A stretch of 64,000 bases of DNA from Gammaproteobacteria bacterium (GCA_965198875.1 CBDAPU010000001.1:1840167-1904166); one strand, 5' to 3'. Counted from the stretch's first letter, positions 50,098 to 60,919 are shown. Made by a program: numbers and translations. The notes: a model not told the origin generated them from the letters alone.

Positions 50098-52249
50098 TCA
50101 AGTGGTGGGCAGACGCACTGCGGTTTTTTGCTGAGGGGCGATCAGATCAAAGAGGATGTGTGCGGCCTCTTCAAGCAACATATCCATTGGTTCGAGTTCT
50201 TCTTCCTCTTTATCGTATCTGCCGTCTGCTTCCATGTCGGCGTCTTCCGGGATGGGGGCCAGCCCCTGTGCAAGACGAAATTGATTACGCAGGCGCTTCC
50301 TGGCGTCCATGAGCGCTTCACGCTCTGATTTACGTTGGCTTTCAAGCAGCGAGATGGTTTTCCTGTTGTTGTTCTCGTGGGTTCTCTCAAGGTCGGCAAG
50401 CAACAACTGGATCAGGCGATGGTCTTTGATCCGCCGCTCATGTGACTGCCTTGCATAGACAAAACGCTCTACCGGCGCACTGGCGGGGAGATAGCGCGCC
50501 GGCTTCACCCTGTCCCAGGGCAGGGCGTTATCCAGGGCTCTCTCACCGTGTTCATCGCCATGCCGGGCTGTGGGGAAGATGATATCAGGCGCCACGCCCC
50601 GGTGTTGATTACTGCCGCCACTGATCCGAAAAAACTGTGCGATGGTGGTTTTTAATCTGCCATGTTCATCATCAGATGAGCGAACGAATCGATTGAGATC
50701 AACAATGTTCTGCACCGTGCCCTTGCCGAAGGTGGGCTCGCCTATGATGACGCCTCGCCGATAATCCTGAATAGCGGCGGCGAAAATCTCTGAGGCGGAC
50801 GCACTGTTTCGATCCACCAGGACGGCTATTGGCCCGCCGTAGGCGATGTCCGGGTCCGGGTCGTGATTGATTTCGATCTTGCCCGATGAGTCTTTGGTTT
50901 GAACGATAGGGCCGGTCTCGATAAACAGACCGGTAAACTCCAGCGCCTCCGCCAGTGAGCCGCCGCCGTTGCCGCGCAGATCGATGATCAGGCCGTCCAC
51001 GTCTTCATCCTTTAATTGCTGCCAGGATCTCCCTGACGTCACGGCTGGTACTGCGATAGTCTCTCTCGCCTCTGGCTTGCGCTGCGAAATCGCTGTAGAA
51101 AGTCGGCACCTCAATAACACCGATGATCCCGCCGCCTTTGATCTCTATGACGTCCGATTTGGCGGCCTGCTCTTCCAGCTTGATTTCATCCCGGGTAATG
51201 GTGATCACCCGGCTCGGCCCTTCAATACCCACATCCTCCGATAAAATCTCCAGCCTGACGATGGAGCCCTTGGGGCCACGGATCAAATCGACGACGTCAT
51301 CCAGCCGCCAACCGATGACATCGACAATGTCACCTTCCTTATCCTGGCCGACACCGATGATTTTATCCTCTGCTTTTAACTCACCACCAAGCTCCGCCGG
51401 CCCTCCGGGGACTACTTTCTGCACCAGGGTATGATCCTGATCCGCGCGCAGAACGGCGCCAATGCCTTGCAGGGAAAGACGCATGCTGATGTCGAAGTTT
51501 TCAGAGGAGCGGGGAGAGAAATAACGGGTATGGGGCTCTATGGAAGTCGTATACGCATTGATAAAGGTTTGAAAGACATCGTTTGAGTCTAGCTGAAAGG
51601 TACTGGTTTTCAGCCTTTGATAACGCCTCTTCAAGGTGGAGGCGATTTCATCCGCCGCTTTATTCGCCAGTTTCAAGTTGAGATAATCGTTTTTAACCCG
51701 CTTTCGCCAGGTTTCATTTAATGCCTCCTCGCTCGCCGCCCAGGGCTCATCACGCCGGTCGAATTGGTAGTCCTCCGCCAGCGATAAGTCAAATTCTGTT
51801 TTCAATAATTGCAACGCCTGATCAACTCGCTCGTGCACACGCTGGCGGTAGATCTTGAAAATCTCAAAGGCCAGATCAAGATTGGCCTCTTCCAGCGCAT
51901 CATCAAACAGATAGCGATAGGTATCAAAGCTGGTTATGTCCGATTGCAGGAAAAAGCTGCGGTTGGGATCCAGGCTGGCTAAATAGTTATCCAGAATTTC
52001 ACTGGATAATTCATCGTCCAGGGGTTTCTTCTTGTAATGATAGGTATCGATAATGTGCAGGATGATCTCGGTTGCCCGTTCATGTTTGGATCCCGCATGC
52101 AACGTCTCATCAGAGATAACAGGCGGTATAGCCGACGCCCGCATCATGTAAAACAACACAAACAGCGGCAGTAGTCTTCTCATCATGGCCGGGGCTCTCA
52201 TGGCGCACATTATAACCATTAAAAGAGGCCGTGATCTATTTAACATCAC
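50098..52249 (-). CDS. prc: Carboxy-terminal processing (tail-specific) protease, +1 frameshift at ~51022
   Basis: LDPNRS, EPHT.YFSP, PDZ GIGA...IRGPKGS, then DLRGNGGG, SASASEIFA, GKGTVQ in the second frame. Confidence 0.9.
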
Positions 52250-52716
52250 GGCTCGCTTTCCTGATCATCCGCTGTGTGATGGGCCACATTCTCCACAGCC
52301 TGCAACCGGGCCGACAGGCGTTCGGCCTCTTTTTTATTGCCGCCCACTATGCCTGGTGCGGTGTTGTAGTAGGTGATCAGATCACGCATGGCGTCATGGT
52401 TGTGCTCGTCCAGTTCAACGGCACGTTGCAAGTATTTCAGGGTTTCTCTGGAATAGGCCAGGGCCTTCAGGAAGCGGCTGCTCTCGGCCAGACGGCCATA
52501 ACTTTTTCCTAACCAATGGTGTAACACCGGATCCGCTGGTGAGGCCAGCAGGACGCCTTTGAAGCGATTAACGGCATCTTCATAATCGCCGTTTTCATAG
52601 GCAAAGACGCCCTCATTTAACAATGGATTGGGCGGCGCCTCGGCAGATACACAAACACCAGGCAATAGCGCACACCAGCCCAGGGCCAGCTTAAAGAACG
52701 CATCGATAAGTTTCAT
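52246..52716 (-). CDS. Exported tetratricopeptide repeat protein
   Basis: Signal peptide, HHWLGKSYG, RAVELD, APGIVGG. Confidence 0.7.
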   Translation of the reverse strand: MKLIDAFFKLALGWCALLPGVCVSAEAPPNPLLNEGVFAYENGDYEDAVNRFKGVLLASPADPVLHHWLGKSYGRLAESSRFLKALAYSRETLKYLQRAVELDEHNHDAMRDLITYYNTAPGIVGGNKKEAERLSARLQAVENVAHHTADDQESEP

Positions 52717-52745
52717 GGTTCGGTTAGGAGCCGGCCCTGTTTTGA

Positions 52746-53414
52746 TCAGTGAACGTCAATCAATTCAATATCGAAGATCAGTGTCTCATTCGGACCAATC
52801 GTGCCCTGTCCGTTACCGCCATAGGCCAGCTCCGGTGGAATATAAAGCCGCCATTTTGCACCTGCTCTCATTAAGGGCACGCCTGATTGCCAGCCTTTAA
52901 TGACACGGTTGAGTGACAGACGGGCGGGTTCATTGCGTGAGTAGGAGCTGTCGAACTCCTCACCATTGATATGCGTGCCCCTGTAGTGCACGGTGACCTC
53001 GCTATTGGCCGAGGGGCTCTTACCTTCACCTGCCCTCAGGATTTCATATTGCAAGCCGTTATCGAGCACGACAACGCCCGGGTTTGATTTGTTGCCCTCA
53101 AGAAACGCCTTGCCCGCCCGCCTGTTTTCGCTCGCTTGTGACGTCCTCTTTTGCTGCGCCTGTTGTCGGAACTCGGCAAACAGGGTTTGTATCTCTTCCG
53201 GGGTTAATTTGGTTTTATTGCCTTTGAGTTGATCTTCAACGGCCATTAAAAAATAATCATTATCCAGATCTATCGTCTGTTGCATGACGCTCTGTGAGAA
53301 AAAAACACCCAATGCGTAACTCAATTTCTGCCGATCGGTCATCGCCGTATCCTCGGCGCCCACCAGCGTTAAATGTGAAATCAGGGCGATGCCCATGATG
53401 ATGTGTTTGCTCAT
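52746..53414 (-). CDS. FKBP-type peptidyl-prolyl cis-trans isomerase (Mip/FklB-like)
   Basis: SYALG, GLQYEIL, VHYRG..FDSSY, VIKGW, LYIPPELAYG, LIFDIEL. Confidence 0.93.
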   Translation of the reverse strand: MSKHIIMGIALISHLTLVGAEDTAMTDRQKLSYALGVFFSQSVMQQTIDLDNDYFLMAVEDQLKGNKTKLTPEEIQTLFAEFRQQAQQKRTSQASENRRAGKAFLEGNKSNPGVVVLDNGLQYEILRAGEGKSPSANSEVTVHYRGTHINGEEFDSSYSRNEPARLSLNRVIKGWQSGVPLMRAGAKWRLYIPPELAYGGNGQGTIGPNETLIFDIELIDVH

Positions 53415-53447
53415 GTTGTTTCCTGTTTGGGGATGGAAAGTGCGTGG

Positions 53448-54044
53448 TTAAATGACGTCATAATCCTGCAAAAGTTCGTGTATTTCTTCGGCCATCAGAC
53501 GATAGCCATGCTTGTTGGGATGCACCGTATCTGATTTAAGCGAGCGCTCAGATAGAATATCCGCTATTAAATCACCCATGTAGATGACCCCGGTTTCTTT
53601 GGCGATTCTCGGATAGATCTCGGCGGCGGATAAAATAAGCCCGAGTTCAGGCACGCCCAGCAAAATCACGGCAATGTCTTTTTCCCGGGCCATCGCTATC
53701 ATCGCCTTGATGTTCTCCGCCGCGGCATTGATGCTCTGTTTCCTCAGGATATCGTTGCCACCGTGGCAGAGGATCAAGATGGCGGGTTGGTGTTCATCTA
53801 AAAACCTGGGCAGTCGTTTTAACCCCGCTTGGGAGACTTCCCCCGGCACACCGGCGTTGATCACTGTGATCCCGGACAGCGTTTGCAATACCGACGGATA
53901 GCTTTCGCCTTCCCCGGCGCCGGTGCCGTAGGTGAGGCTGTTGCCGAAGGCGAGGATCACATCGCCGCGGGATAGGGGCGGTAATTCCCCCTGTTTGCCA
54001 CAGGATAAGAGAAGTAAACACAAGGACAGTAATACGTATTTCAT
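53448..54044 (-). CDS. GDSL/SGNH arylesterase lipoprotein
   Basis: FGNSLTYG, NAGVPG, GGND, DTVHPN. Confidence 0.88.
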   Translation of the reverse strand: MKYVLLSLCLLLLSCGKQGELPPLSRGDVILAFGNSLTYGTGAGEGESYPSVLQTLSGITVINAGVPGEVSQAGLKRLPRFLDEHQPAILILCHGGNDILRKQSINAAAENIKAMIAMAREKDIAVILLGVPELGLILSAAEIYPRIAKETGVIYMGDLIADILSERSLKSDTVHPNKHGYRLMAEEIHELLQDYDVI

Positions 54045-54298
54045 AACGATCAGTATTCATCGTTCACGCTAGTTATTCAACGGATAATTTTATTGGCGAG
54101 CGATCATTCCCATTCCTTCTCGGCGGGAGAGAGAACGATTAAGCCAGCTCACTTAATGAATGCAGCCCTTGAATGCGTTGATAACAGCACAGCAGCAGTG
54201 ATTGGGGGGCGATCTTGCTCGATCCGATACCACCGTCAATCAGGGCGGATCATTAGCGCATGCCTCACCCATCTACATGTTACTGTGCCTGGTGTATG

Positions 54299-55279
54299 CT
54301 AAGCCGTCCTGAGATAAGACAGGGCCTGTTCAACCACCCCGAGGCCCGCTCCTTTCTGGCCGACATGTTCACTCAGATAACGCCGACAGGCCCTGGCGCC
54401 ATGTTGTCCCCGGCACATCGGCAAAATATGCCGCGCCATGGCATACAGGCTCTCACCTCTGGCCATCTGCCTCTCCATGTACTGCATATACCGGCTAAGC
54501 GCCTCAGAGCGACAGATCACCGCATCATCCCCGCCGAATAGAGACTGATCCGCCCGGGCCAATAGACAGGGGTTATGATAGATCGCCCGCCCCATCATGA
54601 CGCCGTCGACATATTGAAGATGCGCCTGTGCATCAACAAGCCTGTTAATGCCGCCGTTGATGATGATCTGCAGATGGGGCAGGTCCTGTTTTAAGCGATA
54701 GACAACATCATATCGCAGTGGCGGCACTTCACGATTTTGCCGTGGGCTCAAACCCTGTAACCAGGCTTTGCGGGCGTGGATCATAAACGACTGGCAACCC
54801 GCCGCCGATACCGTTTTGATAAAATGCAGCAGATGTTCATAGCTGTCCCGGCGATCAATACCGATCCGTGTTTTCACAGTGACGGGAATAGCCACCGCTG
54901 CTGACATGGCATGGACACATTCTGCCACCAGCTCCGGCTCGGCCATCAGACAGGCGCCGAACCGCCCTTTCTTTACCCGATCGCTGGGACAGCCGATGTT
55001 CAGATTGACCTCATCGTAGCCATATTGCATCGCCAATTTTGCACATGCCGTTAAGTCCTGCGGATCATTCCCGCCCAGTTGAATACCCAGCGGATGTTCT
55101 TCTTCATTAAATCGCAGGTGTTTATCCGTATCGCCATATAGCAACGCGCCTGTCGTCACCATTTCCGTGTAGAGCAGGGTGTGTTTTGACAACAGCCGTA
55201 ACAGGAAACGAAAATGTCTGTCCGTGTGGGACATCATGGGAGCGACACATAATCTGTGATTTAATGCCTTCATGATCAC
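54299..55279 (-). CDS. dusA: tRNA-dihydrouridine(20/20a) synthase
   Basis: VAPMM..TDRHFR, NLNIGCPSDRV, HARKAWLQGLSP.QNR.VPPL. Confidence 0.95.
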   Translation of the reverse strand: MIMKALNHRLCVAPMMSHTDRHFRFLLRLLSKHTLLYTEMVTTGALLYGDTDKHLRFNEEEHPLGIQLGGNDPQDLTACAKLAMQYGYDEVNLNIGCPSDRVKKGRFGACLMAEPELVAECVHAMSAAVAIPVTVKTRIGIDRRDSYEHLLHFIKTVSAAGCQSFMIHARKAWLQGLSPRQNREVPPLRYDVVYRLKQDLPHLQIIINGGINRLVDAQAHLQYVDGVMMGRAIYHNPCLLARADQSLFGGDDAVICRSEALSRYMQYMERQMARGESLYAMARHILPMCRGQHGARACRRYLSEHVGQKGAGLGVVEQALSYLRTA

Positions 55280-55487
55280 TTCTCGCTATGCCGTGGCGCC
55301 CGGATACATTTTTTCATCCACTTAACAATCAGCAATGTTAAGGATAGCCGCTATCTTCATCTTCATAAATGAGCCGGCAAAACTTAAATCATTCCAAACT
55401 TGAGAGTTGATCACAATCCGGCCACAGGGAAGCGCTGATATGGAGAGCATTCCCTGTCCCCGGTGATGGGTCGCACTTGCCCTGAGA

Positions 55488-56147
55488 TCAGAACGATCTA
55501 CGCAGTGTTAGCAGATGCGTAGCGGTTGAGTTTATCTTGGGTGGTTTGAAAAAATCTTTATTGAGCTTTGCCAGTGATTTATTTTCGGGAATAATCAGCA
55601 GGATTTTGCCTTTTAAGTTCTCATCATCGCGCATTTCCCACATGGACTTAAAACGGCTTGCTGAAAATGTTCGGTTTCCCCATGAGGGATCGCCCAGCCA
55701 TACCAGGCCATGCTCGTTGACGCCACGGATAACAGAAAAATGATCTTTATCCCGGTAACGGAGATAAACAATCGCCGGGATTTTAATGCTTTTGAGTTTT
55801 TCAAAGTCCAGTGTCAGGCCAACGGCTTTGAAGCCAAACCTCTTCACGGCCTGTTCAAGGTCTGCAAAAGAGGCCGTGCCATCATCGCCTGCTTTGATCA
55901 CCTCATCGAGAATGTCTTTCTCGTACACCGCTTGCCCGTAAAAAGAACGCAAAATTGTAGCGACAGAGGCAGAGCCACAAGAGAAATCCTCATCCTGTTT
56001 TTCAATATTGCTATCCCTTAAATCTTTCCAGGTTCTTATGGGAAGGTTGCCGGTGGCGGTTTGATAAGAAAGATGTATGGAAGCATCTTTTGCGTGAAGA
56101 CAGGCAGGCAACATCAGGCATGTGATAAAGACAAGGCTATAGCGCAT
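55488..56147 (-). CDS. Stand-alone exported C39 family peptidase (FapD-like)
   Basis: Signal peptide; KQDEDFSCGSAS (catalytic C), DHFSV (H), GDPSWG (D); no ABC domain. Confidence 0.9.
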   Translation of the reverse strand: MRYSLVFITCLMLPACLHAKDASIHLSYQTATGNLPIRTWKDLRDSNIEKQDEDFSCGSASVATILRSFYGQAVYEKDILDEVIKAGDDGTASFADLEQAVKRFGFKAVGLTLDFEKLKSIKIPAIVYLRYRDKDHFSVIRGVNEHGLVWLGDPSWGNRTFSASRFKSMWEMRDDENLKGKILLIIPENKSLAKLNKDFFKPPKINSTATHLLTLRRSF

Positions 56148-56155
56148 GTTGCTGT

Positions 56156-56254
56156 TCAAACTGGTTTACAGGAGGTGGTTATCGCCCTGCTCAAGCGATC
56201 CGTCCAGTGTGTCGCCAAGCCTGCAAGCATTAGCACGGCGAAAAGCTGTTTCAT
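56156..56254 (-). pseudogene. 5' stub of a second secreted precursor gene
   Basis: MKQLFAVLMLAGLATH... repeats the N-terminus at 57329; its ATG overlaps the upstream TAA; diverges after ~16 codons. Confidence 0.75.
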
Positions 56255-56790
56255 TACAGAAAGTTGACTAGTTCTTTCGGGGCGTTTATGCCGTATGACA
56301 CATATTCCTGGAAGCCAGAATCTGTGTCTTGGGAGTCTGTATCTATACCATATACAAAATAACGACTGTCTCGTGTTACAGGCTCTATGTATGCGAGTCC
56401 TTTTTCTTTTGTCATTTCCTCTAAAAATATAGATTCAAGTTCCCTGTTAAAAATATAAAAGGTGATTATTGAAATATTGTTTATTGAGCTATAGAAATCT
56501 TTTAGTAATTGAATGTTATTTATTTTTATCAGAAAATAATTTGGTGCTGGTATAGGTATCACTCGCCATATACCCATTCTAGCTGATGCCACTGCTTTAA
56601 TTTCAACTGGAAAATCTTTGCTTAGTAATTCAATCCCATGTCTGGACTTAAAGGTATTTCCCCTGGCATAGACGCAAGCATTCATATTGTTATCATAATT
56701 TGAGAGATACTGTAGTATCCTGATACTTCTTAAAAAAGTAGTTTCACGAAAATAATGCTTGCAGGTATATGAGCTAACACTTTTTTTCAT
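56254..56790 (-). CDS. Very AT-rich hypothetical protein, candidate immunity protein
   Basis: 178-aa ORF directly downstream of the toxin-like precursor. Confidence 0.55.
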   Translation of the reverse strand: MKKSVSSYTCKHYFRETTFLRSIRILQYLSNYDNNMNACVYARGNTFKSRHGIELLSKDFPVEIKAVASARMGIWRVIPIPAPNYFLIKINNIQLLKDFYSSINNISIITFYIFNRELESIFLEEMTKEKGLAYIEPVTRDSRYFVYGIDTDSQDTDSGFQEYVSYGINAPKELVNFL

Positions 56791-56867
56791 TGAAGAATGT
56801 GATTTTATAGCCCTTGCCTCCCCTGTATTAAGGAAAATGCAAGAGAGGAAGGGTGCGAGTTAGAGCT

Positions 56868-57329
56868 TTATTTCCACCATAAATGGAAATGACCCGGGTC
56901 ACGGGTTCTCCAGTTACCTATTGGAATTCTGGTATTGTGTAATCTTTCGTTCAAATTCCTGAGACGAGGGTTGCCTATTTTAGCCCTCCAATGTGGGTTA
57001 GAACCCTACCGAATGGCCTGAGTATCAAATCCGCCTGCCCTGCTATAGCTTGTCCCTACTCTAAACCACGCACCAGCCGGCCCTATAGGGTGTCTTGTAT
57101 ATCTCCATGCCCGAGGGATATAACTAAATGTCCGAGGGATGTAACTAAACCAAGCCCATTCCCCTTCCGTCTCCCTCATTTACTGATCAAAGAGCAGGGC
57201 GAACTCGCCAAGATCATTGTCCTCCGCGGCGCCAAAGGCAAAAGCCATATCGTCTTGATTGAGGCTTTCGGCCAGAGTGGGTTGTGTCGCCATGCCTGCC
57301 AGTAGCAACACGGCGAAAAGCTGTTTCAT
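56868..57329 (-). pseudogene. Secreted bacteriocin/polymorphic-toxin-like precursor with two nonsense codons
   Basis: Single 154-codon frame MKQLFAVLLLAGMATQPTLAESLNQDDMAFAF...ALLFDQ*MRETEGEWAW...QAIR*GSNPHW...DPGHFHLWWK; stops at 57180-82 and 57006-08. Confidence 0.75.
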
Positions 57330-57563
57330 TTTCTCTAACATGATGGGCTATCTAAAAGCATTTTTTTATTATTACTTGCGTTCTTGAAGAATAATTCGCG
57401 CTGGCGAGAAGCGTCTCATCATAAGCTAATCGGGCTATTAAGAAAAACCGCAAACTTATCCTTGAAATATATTATGAGATGATGGGGGCGGGCTCCCATT
57501 TCGGTTATTTGGCAAGGCCAGGGCCCATCAGGGATGATGCTGTTTTTTTAAGATCACCCGGCA

Positions 57564-58253
57564 CTAGCGATATGTATTGCTTAAATACGCCTGAAGCAGC
57601 ATATTGGTAAATAGCGTGCGTAGATAAAACCCCCTGGGCAACGTCAGGCCGGGTTCACCTGAGGACAGGGTGGCTTTGACCAGGCTTCTTGAATCAGCGG
57701 CTTTGGGTCTTATCTGCAAATAGGCGCCGTGACCGGTGCTGATGGCGTCATGCTCTCCAAAGCAGATCATGTCCATCAATTCCCGCCAGTCCTGTTTTAG
57801 TATTTTCTCCTGGACCCGATCAGGGCTCCACAGAAACCCATTGCCAATGCGTCTGTTTTCCAGCTTGATATTGGCGTCGGCTTCGATGGGCACCCAAAGA
57901 ACACGCGCGAGTTTATTTTTCACATTGGAGTTTTCCCAGCAAACACCCGGGGAGACCGTCATCGGTGCTGTGCAGACAAAGGTGGTTTCTTTTGCCTTGC
58001 CCTGTTTGTTGATCGGGATGGTCTTGAGCTCTATTCCCAGATGTTGGAAATCCGGGGCGGGGAGGGAGGCTGCCGTTGCGCCAAGATAGTATTCGATGAG
58101 CTGGCCGGCCCAACCTTTGGCCCTTGTTTGATTATCAGGAATGATGATATCCATCTCATTGGCGATCTGTCGTAATGACATGCCGGACAGATCAGCGCAG
58201 CGAGACAGGAGCTCAGGCTCGGAGGCGGGCGCTGTGGGTTTAGCTGTAGCCAA
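57564..58253 (-). CDS. mutH: DNA mismatch repair endonuclease MutH
   Basis: KGWAGQLIE..LGA, PDF..LGIELKTIP, ETTFVC, LQIRPKAA, PRGFYLR. Confidence 0.95.
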   Translation of the reverse strand: MATAKPTAPASEPELLSRCADLSGMSLRQIANEMDIIIPDNQTRAKGWAGQLIEYYLGATAASLPAPDFQHLGIELKTIPINKQGKAKETTFVCTAPMTVSPGVCWENSNVKNKLARVLWVPIEADANIKLENRRIGNGFLWSPDRVQEKILKQDWRELMDMICFGEHDAISTGHGAYLQIRPKAADSRSLVKATLSSGEPGLTLPRGFYLRTLFTNMLLQAYLSNTYR

Positions 58254-58260
58254 GCGATCT

Positions 58261-60915
58261 TCAATTCACGTCTAAGGATTGGGTGATGGTGTTGATCAGG
58301 CATTCGAGTTTTATCTTATCTTCAATGACGTCATTGTTTGTGTCGGTGATAAAAAAAATATCTTCAATGCGCTCACCGTAAGTTGCAATTTTTGCGCCCT
58401 GTAGTCTTGCGCCACAACACGCCAACGCCATACCGATGGATGAGAGGACCCCGGGCCTGTCGTTTGCGCTCACTTCCATAATAGTGCGCCGGTTTTTCTC
58501 ATCCGTGCTGAAATACACTCTCGTGGGCACGGAGAAATGCCTCATCTGCCGTGGTTTGATTTTGTTCACAACCTTGGCCGGTTTGTCCAGGGATAGAAGC
58601 CCCTGTCTCAGGGCGTTTTTGATCTCTTTCCTGCGCTCCCGGCCCTTGACGTTGGAGCCGTCCTTCTCCAGCACAATGAAGGTGTCCAGGGTGTAGCCGT
58701 GATTGGAGCTCATGATCCGCGCATCGACAATGTTCAGGTTCAATAGATCCAATGCCCCGGTCATTCTTGAGAAGAGGTTGTCGTGATCATGGGTGTAGAT
58801 GAAAATTTCCGTTGCCCCGCGGTCGGTTTTCTCACGAATGAGGATCAGCGGCAGGCGGGCCTCACGGCTCTTACTCATCGCGCGCGTGTGCCAGGCAATC
58901 TCATCGGCGGAGTAGTGGATAAAATAATCATCACTCAGGTGCGACCAGACCGAGCGGGCGTCAATGCCGCCGCGTATTTTACTGCGGATAAGATCAAGGG
59001 CATGGGATTTTGTCTCGTTAATGCGCTCATTTTTATTGATCGGATCCTCCAGCCCCCGGCGCAACGCCAGCAGTGTTTTTGTATACAGATCCGCCATCAA
59101 GGCGTCTTTCCAGCTATTCCACAGTTGCGGGCTGGTGCCATTGATATCGGCCACCGTCAATAAATAAAGGTGGTTTAAATGCACCGTATCCCCCACCTTT
59201 TGGGCGAACCGGTTGATGACGTTCGGATCATTGATATCTTCTCTTTGCGCGGTTTTCGACATGAGAAGATGTTGCTCCACCAGCCAGGCGACAAGTTTTG
59301 CATCATATTCACTCAAGTGGTGGCGTCGACAAAACGCCAGGGCGTCTTTTGCCCCCAGTGATGAATGATCCCCGCTACGGCCTTTCCCCATGTCATGGAA
59401 CAGGCCGGCAAAATACAGCAATTCCCGTTTTGGTATTTGCTGTAGCACCCGATAGCACAGCGGGAACTTCTCTTTGTATTCATCTAAACCAAACCGCCTA
59501 AGGTGCCTGACGACAAAAAGAATATGCTCATCCACCGTATAGATATGGAATAGATCAAATTGCATTAACCCCTCGATTTTCGCAAACTCCGGCAGGTATG
59601 CGCCGAGCACGCCGTATTTATGCATACGGCTTAATTCATGACCGACACGATGTGGTTGTCGGATGATCTCCAGGAACAAACTCTGGCTCTTTATATCGTC
59701 TCTGAAACGCCCATCGATCAAGCCCAATGATTCGCGGATAAATCGGATAGTGCCGGCTTTCACGCCTTTGATATGCGGGTGTTGTTGCAACAGCAGAAAG
59801 ACTTCCAGCAAGGCCAGGGGGTGGCGCTTGAAGACCTGCCTGTCTTTCACTTCAATAAAATCATTCCTGATGTGAAATCGATTGTTCAGGGGCTTGATCT
59901 TCTCCCGTCTGCGCGCATAGAGGATTTCATCGTGAAGGTGTTGCAGGAGGATCTCATTTAGCCAACTGAGCTCTTTGACCGTTCGGTAGTACCGCTTCAT
60001 GAATTGCTCGACTGCAGTATTATCCTCGGAGTCGTAACCGAATTTTCGGGCGATGTTCTTTTGGTGATCAAACAGCAGTTTATCCTCACGTCTTCCCGAT
60101 ATGAGATGCAACGCATAGCGCACCCGCCATAAAAAACTGCGGCCCTTATCTAAGGTGTCATACTCTTCTTCGGTGAGAAAATCATAGCTAACGAGCTCGC
60201 TTAATCTCGTTGCGCCGAAATGCCGTTTCGCCACCCAGTCTATGGTTTGAATGTCGCGTAAACCGCCCGGCCCTTCCTTAACATTCGGCTCCAGGTTGTT
60301 TTTGCTGTTCTCATACTTGTTATGACGCCGGGTTTGTTCGGCCCATTTTGCGGCGAAGAATTTTTTCGACGGCCAGATCTTCCTGGAGCCGGTTCGCCTG
60401 CACATGGATTCATATAACCTCTCATTGCCGCTGATCAGCCTTGACTCCATGATGTTGGTGGCGATGGTGATGTCGGCCTTTGCCTGGGTGATACAGTCTT
60501 TCACGCCTCTGACGCTGTGTCCGACTTCAAGACCCATATCCCAGAGAAAGGCCAGGAAGCGTTCTATTTTCGGCTTTAGCTCCTTTTGTTTGCGGGTTTC
60601 AATCAACAACATCAAATCGATGTCTGAGGCCGGTAGCAGATCGCCACGACCGTAGCCGCCCACCGCCACCAGCGCCATATCATCACTGTTGATGTGCTCC
60701 GCCCATGCGCTGATCAGCAGTTGATCTATCAGCCATGCGCGTTTGTAGACCAGTTCTTTAACCGGGGCGCCGCGTTCAAACTTATCCGCCAGGTATTGAC
60801 TGCCCCGTGCTAATGCGGCTTTATAATGGGTGATAGCCGATGGGTTCTCGGTGGTGTCATTTAAGAAGGCATGCTTGTCAAATAACTGCGGATCGTCCAC
60901 TTCAACAGGCCACAT
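58261..60915 (-). CDS. glnD: [Protein-PII] uridylyltransferase
   Basis: AVGGYGR..L.P.SDID, EPNVKEGPGGLRD, HD domain, two ACT domains; downstream of map. Confidence 0.96.
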   Translation of the reverse strand: MWPVEVDDPQLFDKHAFLNDTTENPSAITHYKAALARGSQYLADKFERGAPVKELVYKRAWLIDQLLISAWAEHINSDDMALVAVGGYGRGDLLPASDIDLMLLIETRKQKELKPKIERFLAFLWDMGLEVGHSVRGVKDCITQAKADITIATNIMESRLISGNERLYESMCRRTGSRKIWPSKKFFAAKWAEQTRRHNKYENSKNNLEPNVKEGPGGLRDIQTIDWVAKRHFGATRLSELVSYDFLTEEEYDTLDKGRSFLWRVRYALHLISGRREDKLLFDHQKNIARKFGYDSEDNTAVEQFMKRYYRTVKELSWLNEILLQHLHDEILYARRREKIKPLNNRFHIRNDFIEVKDRQVFKRHPLALLEVFLLLQQHPHIKGVKAGTIRFIRESLGLIDGRFRDDIKSQSLFLEIIRQPHRVGHELSRMHKYGVLGAYLPEFAKIEGLMQFDLFHIYTVDEHILFVVRHLRRFGLDEYKEKFPLCYRVLQQIPKRELLYFAGLFHDMGKGRSGDHSSLGAKDALAFCRRHHLSEYDAKLVAWLVEQHLLMSKTAQREDINDPNVINRFAQKVGDTVHLNHLYLLTVADINGTSPQLWNSWKDALMADLYTKTLLALRRGLEDPINKNERINETKSHALDLIRSKIRGGIDARSVWSHLSDDYFIHYSADEIAWHTRAMSKSREARLPLILIREKTDRGATEIFIYTHDHDNLFSRMTGALDLLNLNIVDARIMSSNHGYTLDTFIVLEKDGSNVKGRERRKEIKNALRQGLLSLDKPAKVVNKIKPRQMRHFSVPTRVYFSTDEKNRRTIMEVSANDRPGVLSSIGMALACCGARLQGAKIATYGERIEDIFFITDTNNDVIEDKIKLECLINTITQSLDVN

Positions 60916-60919
60916 CGCT

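Noticed and set aside
56868-57329. Stop-codon readthrough or alternative genetic code in the precursor
   Set aside because: The two stops differ (TAA, TAG), each is one substitution from the expected Glu/Trp codon, and neighbouring genes use these codons as normal stops.
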